A DNA stretch of 64,000 nt from Eledone cirrhosa (lineage: Eukaryota), in contig OZ024743.1 in the NCBI GenBank assembly GCA_964016885.1, positions 271,498,001 through 271,562,000 on the forward strand. Reading direction: 5' to 3'. Numbering within the stretch: position 1 is the stretch's first letter; every line of letters begins with the position of its first letter. A program made the position numbers and the translations under genes. Positions 1 through 11,435 of this stretch are shown in pieces. The notes under the pieces were generated by a model that saw nothing but the letters and a program-made list of their open reading frames with translations, made no database searches and was not told the DNA's origin.

Positions 1-3000
1 GTAAGTATTAGTCTTGATATATAAAGGACTGTATTAACCCATGGTTGAGTGTGAGAGTGGTATGTATTAGTTCTGATATATGAAGGACTGTATTAACCCA
101 CGGCTGAGTGTGAGAGTGGTAAGTATTAGTTCTGATATATAAAGGACTGTATTAACCCATGGCTGAGTGTGAGAGTGGTAAGTATTAGTTCTGATATATA
201 AAGGACTGTATTAACCCATGGCTGAGTGTGAGAGTGGTAAGTATTAGTTCTGATATATAAAGGACTGTATTAACCCATGGCTGAGTGTGAGAGTGGTAAG
301 TATTAGTTCTGATATATAAAGGACTTTATTAACCCACGAGTGTGAGAGTGGTAAGTATTAGTTCTGATATATAAAGGACTGTATTAACTCATGGCTGAGT
401 GTGTGAGTGGTAAGTTTTAGTTCTGATATATAAAGGACTGTATTAACCCATGGCTGAGTGTGAGAGTGGTAAGTATTGGTTCTGATATATAAAGGACTGT
501 ATTAACCCATGGCTGAGTGTGAGAGTGGTAAGTATTAGTTCTGATATATAAAGGACTGTATTAACCCATGGCTGGGTGTGAGAGTGGTAAGTATTAGTCT
601 TGATATATAAAGGACTGTATTAACCCATGGCTGAGTGTGAGAGTGGTAAGTATTAGTCTTGATATATGAAGGAGTGTATTAACCAATGGCTGAGTGTGAG
701 AGTGGTAAGTATTAGTCTTGATGTATAAAGGACTGTATTAACACATGGCTGAGTGTGAGAGTGGTAAGTATTAGTCTTGATATATAAAGGACTGTATTAA
801 CCCATGGCTGAGTGTGAGAGTGGTAAGTATTAGTTCTGATATATAAAGGACTGTATTAACCCATGGCTGGGTGTGAGAGTGGTAAGTATTAGTCTTGATA
901 TATAAAGCACTGTATTAACCCATGGCTGGGTGTGAGAGCGGTAAGTATTAGTCTTGATATATAAAGGACTGTATTAACCCATGGCTGAGTGTGAGAGTGG
1001 TAAGTATTAGTCTTGATATATAAAGGACTGTATTAACCCATGGCAGAGTGTGAGAGTGGTAAGTATTAGTTCTGATATATAAAGGACTGTATTAACCCAT
1101 GGCTAGGTGTGAGAGTGGTAAGTATTAGTTCTGATATATAAAGGACTTTATTAACCAATGGCTGGGTGTGAGAGTGGGAAGTATTAGTTCTGATATATAA
1201 AGGACTGTATTAACCCATGGCTGAGTGTGAGAGTGGTAAGTATTAGTTCTGATATATAAAGGACTGTATTAACCCATGGCTGAGTGTGAGAGTGGTAAGT
1301 ATTAGTTCTGATATATAAAGGACTGTATTAACCCACGAGTGTGAGAGTGGTAAGTATTAGTTCTGATATATAAAGGACTGTATTAACTCATGGCTGAGTG
1401 TGAGAGTGGTAAGTATTAGTTCTGATATATAAAGGACTGTATTAACCCATGGCTGAGTGTGAGAGTGGTAAGTATTGGTTCTGATATATAAAGGACTGTA
1501 TTAACCCATGGCTGAGTGTGAGAGTGGTAAGTATTAGTTCTGATATATAAAGGACTGTATTAACCCATGGCAGAGTGTGAGAGTGGTAAGTATTAGTTCT
1601 GATATATAAAGGACTGTATTAACCCATGGCTAGGTGTGAGAGTGGTAAGTATTAGTTCTGATATATAAAGGACTTTATTAACCAATGGCTGGGTGTGAGA
1701 GTGGGAAGTATTAGTTCTGATATATAAAGGACTGTATTAACCCATGGCTGAGTGTGAGAGTGGTAAGTATTAGTTCTGATATATAAAGGACGGTATTAAC
1801 CCATGGCTGAGTGTGAGAGTGGTAAGTATTAGTTCTGATATATAAAGGACTGTATTAACCAATGGCTGGGTGTGAGAGTGGTAAGTATTAGTTCTGATAA
1901 ATAAAGGACTGTATTAACCCATGGCTGAGTGTAGGAGTGGTAAGTATTAGTCTTGATATATAAAGGACTGTATTATCCCATGGCTGAGTGTGAGAGTGGT
2001 AAGTATTAGTTCTGATATATAAAGGACTGTATTAACCCATGGATGAGTGTGAGAGTGGTAAGTATTATTCTTGATATATAAAGGACTGTTTTATCCCATG
2101 GCTGAGTGTGAGAGTGGTAAGTATTAGTTCTGATATATAAAGGAGTGTATTAACCCATGGCTGAGTGTGAGAGTGGTAAGTATTAGTTCTGATATATAAA
2201 GGACTGTATTAACCCATGGCTGGGTGTGAGAGTGGTAAGTATTAGTCTTGATATATAAAGGACTGTATTGACCAATGGCTGAGTGTGAGAGTGGTAAGTA
2301 TCAGTCTTGATATATAAAGGACCGTATTAACCCATGGCTGAGTGTGAGAGTGGTAAGTATTAGTCTTGATATATAAAGGACTGTATTAACCCATGGCTGA
2401 GTGTGCGAGTGGTAAGTATTAGTTCTGATATATAAAGGACTGTATTAACCAATGGCTGGGTGTGAGAGTGGTAAGTATTAGTTCTGATATATAAAGGTCT
2501 GTATTAACCCATGGCTGGGTGTGAGAGTGGTAAGTATTAGTCTTGATATATAAAGGACTGTATTAACCCATGGCTGAGTGTGAGAGTGGTAAGTATTAGT
2601 CTTGATATATAAAGGACTGTATTAACCCATGGCTGAGTGTGAGAGTGGTAAGTATTAGTTCTGATATATAAAGGACTGTATTAACCCATGGCTGGGTGTG
2701 AGAGTGGTAAGTATTAGTCTTGATATATAAAGGACTGTATTAACCCATGGTTGAGTGTGAGAGTGGTATGTATTAGTTCTGATATATGAAGGACTGTATT
2801 AACCCACGGCTGAGTGTGAGAGTGGTAAGTATTAGTTCTGATATATAAAGGACTGTATTAACCCATGGCTGAGTGTGAGAGTGGTAAGTATTAGTTCTGA
2901 TATATAAAGGACTGTATTAACCCATGGCTGAGTGTGAGAGTGGTAAGTATTAGTTCTGATATATAAAGGACTGTATTAACCCATGGCTGAGTGTGAGAGT

Positions 3001-6000
3001 GGTAAGTATTAGTTCTGATATATAAAGGACTGTATTAACCCACGAGTGTGAGAGTGGTAAGTATTAGTTCTGATATATAAAGGACTGTATTAACTCATGG
3101 CTGAGTGTGAGAGTGGTAAGTATTAGTTCTGATATATAAAGGACTGTATTAACCCATGGCTGAGTGTGAGAGTGGTAAGTATTGGTTCTGATATATAAAG
3201 GACTGTATTAACCCATGGCTGAGTGTGAGAGTGGTAAGTATTAGTTCTGATATATAAAGGACTGTATTAACCCATGGCTGGGTGTGAGAGTGGTAAGTAT
3301 TAGTCTTGATATATAAAGGACTGTATTAACCCATGGCTGAGTGTGAGAGTGATAAGTATTAGTCTTGATATATAAAGGAGTGTATTAACCAATGGCTGAG
3401 TGTGAGAGTGGTAAGTATTAGTCTTGATGTATAAAGGACTGTATTAACACATGGCTGAGTGTGAGAGTGGTAAGTATTAGTCTTGATATATAAAGGACTG
3501 TATTAACCCATGGCTGAGTGTGAGAGTGGTAAGTATTAGTTCTGATATATAAAGGACTGTATTAACCCATGGCTGGGTGTGAGAGTGGTAAGTATTAGTC
3601 TTGATATATAAAGCACTGTATTAACCCATGGCTGGGTGTGAGAGCGGTAAGTATTAGTCTTGATATATAAAGGACTGTATTAACCCATGGCTGAGTGTGA
3701 GAGTGGTAAGTATTAGTCTTGATATATAAAGGACTGTATTAACCCATGGCTGAGTGTGAAAGTGGTAATTATTAGTTTTGATATATAAAGGACTGTATTA
3801 ACCCATGGCTGAGTGTGAGAGTGGTAAGTATTAGTTCTGATATATAAATGACTGTATTAACCCATGGCAGAGTGTGAGAGTGGTAAGTATTAGTTCTGAT
3901 ATATAAAGGACTGTATTAACCCATGGCTAGGTGTGAGAGTGGTAAGTATTAGTTCTGATATATAAAGGACTTTATTAACCAATGGCTGGGTGTGAGAGTG
4001 GGAAGTATTAGTTCTGATATATAAAGGACTGTATTAACCCATGGCTGAGTGTGAGAGTGGTAAGTATTAGTTCTGATATATAAAGGACTGTATTAACCCA
4101 TGGATGAGTGTGAGAGTGGTAAGTATTATTCTTGATATATAAAGGACTGTTTTATCCCATGGCTGAGTGTGAGAGTGGTAAGTATTAGTTCTGATATATA
4201 AAGGAGTGTATTAACCCATGGCTGAGTGTGAGAGTGGTAAGTATTAGTTCTGATATATAAAGGACTGTATTAACCCATGGCTGGGTGTGAGAGTGGTAAG
4301 TATTAGTCTTGATATATAAAGGACTGTATTGACCAATGGCTGAGTGTGAGAGTGGTAAGTATCAGTCTTAATATATAAAGGACCGTATTAACCCATGGCT
4401 GAGTGTGAGAGTGGTAAGTATTAGTCTTGATATATAAAGGACTGTATTAACCCATGGCTGAGTGTGCGAGTGGTAAGTATTAGTTCTGATATATAAAGGA
4501 CTGTATTAACCAATGGCTGGGTGTGAGAGTGGTAAGTATTAGTTCTGATATATAAAGGACTGTATTAACCCATGGCTGGGTGTGAGAGTGGTAAGTATTA
4601 GTCTTGATATATAAAGGACTGTATTAACCCATGGCTGAGTGTGAGAGTGGTAAGTATTAGTCTTGATATATAAAGGACTGTATTAACCCATGGCTGAGTG
4701 TGAGAGTGGTAAGTATTAGTTCTGATATATAAAGGACTGTATTAACCCATGGCTGGGTGTGAGAGTGGTAAGTATTAGTCTTGATATATAAAGGACTGTA
4801 TTAACCCATGGTTGAGTGTGAGAGTGGTATGTATTAGTTCTGATATATGAAGGACTGTATTAACCCACGGCTGAGTGTGAGAGTGGTAAGTATTAGTTCT
4901 GATATATAAAGGACTGTATTGACCCATGGCTGAGTGTGAGAGTGGTAAGTATTAGTTCTGATATATAAAGGACTGTATTAACCCATGGCTGAGTGTGAGA
5001 GTGGTAAGTATTAGTTCTGATATATAAAGGACTGTATTAACCCATGGCTGAGTGTGAGTGTGGTAAGTATTAGTTCTGATATATAAAGGACTGTATTAAC
5101 CCACGAGTGTGAGAGTGGTAAGTATTAGTTCTGATATATAAAGGACTGTATTAACTCATGGCTGAGTGTGAGAGTGGTAAGTATTAGTTCTGATATATAA
5201 AGGACTGTATTAACTCATGGCTGAGTGTGAGAGTGGTAAGTATTGGTTCTGATATATAAAGGACTGTATTAACCCATGGCTGAGTGTGAGAGTGGTAAGT
5301 ATTAGTTCTGATATATAAAGGACTGTATTAACCCATGGCTGGGTGTGAGAGTGGTAAGTATTAGTCTTGATATATAAAGGACTGTATTAACCCATGGCTG
5401 AGTGTGAGAGTGGTAAGTATTAGTCTTGATATATAAAGGAGTGTATTAACCAATGGCTGAGTGTGAGAGTGGTAAGTATTAGTCTTGATGTATAAAGGAC
5501 TGTATTAACACATGGCTGAGTGTGAGAGTGGTAAGTATTAGTCTTGATATATAAAGGACTGTATTAACCCATGGCTGAGTGTGAGAGTGGTAAGTATTAG
5601 TTCTGATATATAAAGGACTGTATTAACCCATGGCTGGGTGTGAGAGTGGTAAGTATTAGTCTTGATATATAAAGCACTGTATTAACCCATGGCTGGGTGT
5701 GAGAGCGGTAAGTATTAGTCTTGATATATAAAGGACTGTATTAACCCATGGCTGAGTGTGAGAGTGGTAAGTATTAGTCTTGATATATAAAGGACTGTAT
5801 TAACCCATGGCTGAGTGTGAAAGTGGTAATTATTAGTTTTGATATATAAAGGACTGTATTAACCCATGGCTGAGTGTGAGAGTGGTAAGTATTAGTTCTG
5901 ATATATAAAGGACTGTATTAACCCATGGCAGAGTGTGAGAGTGGTAAGTATTAGTTCTGATATATAAAGGACTGTATTAACCCATGGCTAGGTGTGAGAG

Positions 6001-9000
6001 TGGTAAGTATTAGTTCTGATATATAAAGGACTTTATTAACCAATGGCTGGGTGTGAGAGTGGGAAGTATTAGTTCTGATATATAAAGGACTGTATTAACC
6101 CATGGCTGAGTGTGAGAGTGGTAAGTATTAGTTCTGATATATAAAGGACTGTATTAACCCATGGCTGAGTGTGAGAGTGGTAAGTATTAGTTCTGATATA
6201 TAAAGGACTGTATTAACCCACGAGTGTGAGAGTGGTAAGTATTAGTTCTGATATATAAAGGACTGTATTAACTCATGGCTGAGTGTGAGAGTGGTAAGTA
6301 TTAGTTCTGATATATAAAGGACTGTATTAACCCATGGCTGAGTGTGAGAGTGGTAAGTATTGGTTCTGATATATAAAGGACTGTATTAACCCATGGCTGA
6401 GTGTGAGAGTGGTAAGTATTAGTTCTGATATATAAAGGACTGTATTAACCCATGGCTGGGTGTGAGAGTGGTAAGTATTAGTCTTGATATATAAAGGACT
6501 GTATTAACCCATGGCTGAGTGTGAGAGTGGTAAGTATTAGTCTTGATATATAAAGGAGTGTATTAACCAATGGCTGAGTGTGAGAGTGGTAAGTATTAGT
6601 CTTGATGTATAAAGGACTGTATTAACACATGGCTGAGTGTGAGAGTGGTAAGTATTAGTCTTGATATATAAAGGACTGTATTAACCCATGGCTGAGTGTG
6701 AGAGTGGTAAGTATTAGTTCTGATATATAAAGGACTGTATTAACCCATGGCTGGGTGTGAGAGTGGTAAGTATTAGTCTTGATATATAAAGCACTGTATT
6801 AACCCATGGCTGGGTGTGAGAGCGGTAAGTATTAGTCTTGATATATAAAGGACTGTATTAACCCATGGCTGACTGTGAGAGTGGTAAGTATTAGTCTTGA
6901 TATATAAAGGACTGTATTAACCCATGGCTGAGTGTGAAAGTGGTAATTATTAGTTTTGATATATAAAGGACTGTATTAACCCATGGCTGAGTGTGAGAGT
7001 GGTAAGTATTAGTTCTGATATATAAAGGACTGTATTAACCCATGGCAGAGTGTGAGAGTGGTAAGTATTAGTTCTGATATATAAAGGACTGTATTAACCC
7101 ATGGCTAGGTGTGAGAGTGGTAAGTATTAGTTCTGATATATAAAGGACTTTATTAACCAATGGCTGGGTGTGAGAGTGGGAAGTATTAGTTCTGATATAT
7201 AAAGGACTGTATTAACCCATGGCTGAGTGTGAGAGTGGTAAGTATTAGTTCTGATATATAAAGGACGGTATTAACCCATGGCTGAGTGTGAGAGTGGTAA
7301 GTATTAGTTCTGATATATAAAGGACTGTATTAACCAATGGCTGGGTGTGAGAGTGGTAAGTATTAGTTCTGATAAATAAAGGACTGTATTAACCCATGGC
7401 TGAGTGTAGGAGTGGTAAGTATTAGTCTTGATATATAAAGGACTGTATTAACCCATGGCTGAGTGTGAGAGTGGTAAGTATTAGTTCTGATATATAAAGG
7501 ACTGTATTAACCCATGGATGAGTGTGAGATTGGTAAGTATTATTCTTGATATATAAAGGACTGTTTTATCCCATGGCTGAGTGTGAGAGTGGTAAGTATT
7601 AGTTCTGATATATAAAGGAGTGTATTAACCCATGGCTGAGTGTGAGAGTGGTAAGTATTAGTTCTGATATATAAAGGACTGTATTAACCCATGGCTGGGT
7701 GTGAGAGTGGTAAGTATTAGTCTTGATATATAAAGGACTGTATTGACCAATGGCTGAGTGTGAGAGTGGTAAGTATCAGTCTTGATATATAAAGGACCGT
7801 ATTAACCCATGGCTGAGTGTGAGAGTGGTAAGTATTAGTCTTGATATATAAAGGACTGTATTAACCCATGGCTGAGTGTGCGAGTGGTAAGTATTAGTTC
7901 TGATATATAAAGGACTGTATTAACCAATGGCTGGGTGTGAGAGTGGTAAGTATTAGTTCTGATATATAAAGGACTGTATTAACCCATGGATGGGTGTGAG
8001 AGTGGTAAGTATTAGTCTTGATATATAAAGGACTGTATTAACCCATGGCTGGGTGTGAGAGCGGTAAGTATTAGTCTTGATATATAAAGGACTGTATTAA
8101 CCCATGGCTGAGTGTGAGAGTGGTAAGTATTAGTCTTGATATATAAAGGACTGTATTAACCCATGGCTGAGTGTGAAAGGGGTAATTATTAGTCTTGCTA
8201 TATAAAGGACTGTATTAACCCATGGCTGAGTGTGAGAGTGGTATGTATTAGTTCTGATATATAAAGGACTCTATTAACCCATGGCTGAGTGTGAGAGTGG
8301 TAAGTATTAGTTCTGATATATAAAGGACTGTATTAACCCATGGCTGGGTGTGAGAGTGGTAAGTATTAGTTCTGATATATAAAGGACTGTATTAACCCAT
8401 GGTTGGGTGTGAGAGTGGTAAGTATTAGTTCTGATATATAAAGGACTGTATTAACCCATGGCTGGGTGTGAGAGTGTTAACTATTAGTTCTGATATATAA
8501 AGGACTGTATTAACCCATGGCTGGGTGTGAGAGTGGTAAGTATTAGTTCTGATATATAAAGGACCGTATTAACCCATGGCTGGGTGTGAGAGTGGTAAGT
8601 ATTAGTCTTGATATATAAAGGATTGTATTAACCCATGGCTGAGTGTGAGAGTGGTAAGTATTAGTTCTGATATATAAAGGACTGTATTAACCCATGGCTG
8701 AGTGTGAGAGTGGTAAGTATTATTCTTGATATATAAAGGACTATATTGACCAATGGCTGAGTGTGAGAGTGGTAAGTATTAGTTCTGATATATAAAGGAC
8801 TGTATTAACCCATGGCTGACTGTGAGAGTGGTAAGTATTATTTCTTTTATATAAAGGACTGTATTAACCCATGGTTGGGTGTGAGAGTGGTAAGTATTAG
8901 TCTTGATATATAAAGGACTGTATTAACCCATGGCTGAGTGTGAGAGTGGTAAGTATTTGTCTTGATATATAAAGGACTGTATTGACCAATGGCTGAGTGT

Positions 9001-11435
9001 GAGAGTGGTAAGTATTAGTCTTGATATATAAAGGACCGTATTAACCCATGGCTGAGTGTGAGAGTGGTAAGTATTAGTCTTGATATATAAAGGACTGTAT
9101 TAACCCATGGCTGAGTGTGAGAGTGGTAAGTATTAGTTCTGATATATAAAGGACTGTATTAACCAATGGCTGGGTGTGAGAGTGGTAAGTATTAGTTCTG
9201 ATATATAAAGGACTGTATTAACCCATGGATGGGTGTGAGAGTGGTAAGTATTAGTCTTGATATATAAAGGACTGTATTAACCTATGGCTGGGTGTGAGAG
9301 CGGTAAGTATTAGTCTTGATATATAAAGGACTGTATTAACCCATGGCTGAGTGTGAGAGTGGTAAGCATTAGTCTTGATATATAAAGGACTGTATTAACC
9401 CATGGCTGAGTGTGAAAGTGGTAATTATAAGTCTTGCTATATAAAAGACTGTATTAACCCATGGCTGAGTGTGAGAGTGGTATGTATTAGTTCTGATATA
9501 TAAAGGACTCTATTAACCCATGGCAGAGTGTGAGAGTGGTAAGTTTTAGTTCTGATATATAAAGGACTGTATTAACCCATGGCTGGGTGTGAGAGTGGTA
9601 AGTATTAGTTCTGATATATAAAGGACTGTATTAACCCATGGTTGGGTGTGAGAGTGGTAAGTATTAGTTCTGATATATAAAGGACTGTATTAACCCATGG
9701 CTGGGTGTGAGAGTGTTAACTATTAGTTCTGATATATAAAGGACTGTATTAACCCATGGCTGGGTGTGAGAGTGGTAAGTATTAGTTCTGATATATAAAG
9801 GACTGTATTAACCCATGGCTGGGTGTGAGAGTGGTAAGTATTAGCCTTGATATATAAAGGACTGTATTAACCCATGGCTGAGTGTGAGAGTGGTAAGTAT
9901 TAGTCTTGATATATAAAGGACTGTATTAACCCATGGCTGAGTGTGAGAGTGGTAAGTATTTGTTCTGATATATAAAGTACTGTATTAACCCATGGCTGAG
10001 TGTGAGAGTGGTAAGTATTAGTCTTGATATATAAAGGACTGTATTAACCAATGGCTTGGGTGTGAGAGTGGTAAGTATTAGTTCTGATATATAAAGGACT
10101 GTATTAACCCATGGCTGAGTGTGAGTGTGATAAGTATTAGTCTTGATATATAAAGGACTGTATTAACCCATGGTTGAGTGTGAGAGTGGTAAGTATTAGT
10201 TCTGATATATAAAGGACTGTATTAACCCACGGCTGAGTGTGAGAGTGGTAAGTATTAGTTCTGATATGTAAAGGACTGTATTAACCCATGGCTGAGTGTG
10301 AGAGTGGTAAGTATTAGTTCTGATATATAAAGGACTGTATTCACCCATGGCTGAGTGTGAGAGTGGTAAGTATTAGTTCTGATATATAAAGGACTGTATT
10401 AACCCACGAGTGTGAGAGTGGTAAGTATTAGTTCTGATATATAAAGGACTGTATTAACTCATGGCTGAGTGTGAGAGTGGTAAGTATTAGTTCTGATATA
10501 TAAAGGACTGTATTAACCCATGGCTGAGTGTGAGAGTGGTAAGTATTGGTTCTGATATATAAAGGACTGTATTAACCCATGGCTGAGTGTGAGAGTGGTA
10601 AGTATTAGTTCTGATATATAAAGGACTGTATTAACCCAGGGCTGGGTGTGAGAGTGGTAAGTATTAGTCTTGATATATAAAGGACTGTATTAACCCATGG
10701 CTGAGTGTGAGAGTGGTAAGTATTAATCTTGATATATAAAGGAGTGTATTAACCAATGGCTGAGTGTGAGAGTGGTAAGTATTAGTCTTGATATATAAAG
10801 GACTGTATTAACACATGGCTGAGTGTGAGAGTGGTAAGTATTAGTCTTGATATATAAAGGACTGTATTAACCCATGGCTGAGTGTGAGAGTGGTAAGTAT
10901 TAGTTCTGATATATAAAGGACTGTATTAACCCATGTCTGTATGTGAGAGTGGTAAGTATTAGTCTTGATATATAAAGCACTGTATTAACCCATGGCTGGG
11001 TGTGAGAGCGGTAAGTATTAGTCTTGATATATAAAGGACTGTATTAACCCATGGCTGAGTGTGAGAGTGGTAAGTATTAGTCTTGATATATAAAGGACTG
11101 TATTAACCCATGGCTGAGTGTGAAAGTGGTAACTATTAGTCTTGATATATAAAGGACTGTATTAACCCATGGCTGAGTGTGAGAGTGGTAAGTATTAGTT
11201 CTGATATATAAAGGACTGTATTAACCCATGGCTAGGTGTGAGAGTGGTAAGTATCAGTTCTGATATATAAAGGACTTTATTAACCAATGGCTGGGTGTGA
11301 GAGTGGGAAGTATTAGTTCTGATATATAAAGGACTGTATTAACCCATGGCTGAGTGTGAGAGTGGTAAGTATTAGTTCTGATATATAAAGGACTGTATTA
11401 ACCCATGGCAGAGTGTGAGAGTGGTAAGTATTAGT
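1..11435 (+). repeat. Large duplicated block A, copy 1 (left edge cut by the window)
   Basis: Rare variants recur at exactly +30,050: ggactttattaacccacgag 321/30371, ataaaggtct 2491/32541, gataagtatt 3351/33401, tatataaatg 3841/33891, ttaacccagg 10631/40681, ccatgtctgtatg 10931/40981. First mismatch at 11436/41486. Confidence 0.93.
5060..7265 (+). repeat. 19-monomer (1,117 bp) higher-order repeat, about 2 tandem copies
   Basis: The 4-bp-deletion marker cccacgag is at 5100 and 6217 (19x59-4). The following variant order is the same in both copies: aactcat, attggtt, ggagtg/aaccaat, gatgtat/aacacat, gcact/gagcgg, gaaagtggtaatt/gtttt, ggcag, ggctagg, gacttt/gggaag. Confidence 0.85.

Noticed and set aside
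136-144. Functional TATA-box promoter in each monomer
   Set aside because: The ATG lies only about 23 nt after the start of TATA, so a canonical start site 25-30 nt downstream would fall after it. The motif alone is not evidence in AT-rich DNA.
153-158. Telomeric repeat (TAACCC; TGGGTGTG in the G allele)
   Set aside because: One isolated hexamer per monomer, never tandem. The C-strand-type hexamer sits on the G-rich strand, which is inconsistent with a telomere array.
119-177. Monomer derived from two shorter subunits (GTATTA occurs twice, 26/33 nt apart)
   Set aside because: Similarity barely extends beyond the hexamer, so it is too weak to support.
170-185. Recursive-splicing ratchet site
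   Set aside because: This needs a polypyrimidine tract and AG directly before GT. The consensus is TG|GT with purine-rich upstream sequence; only a lone variant near 25275 has AG|GT.
159-188. Micro-ORF MAECESGKY as a real CDS
   Set aside because: Only 9 codons, a pyrimidine at Kozak -3, frequently disrupted by variants, and no expression evidence. Kept only as part of the exon-origin hypothesis.
119-236. Satellite-encoded hammerhead ribozyme, as in newt or schistosome satellites
   Set aside because: The core CUGANGA is absent (CTGATAT, CTGAGTG), GAAA occurs only in a minor variant, and the three stems cannot be drawn.
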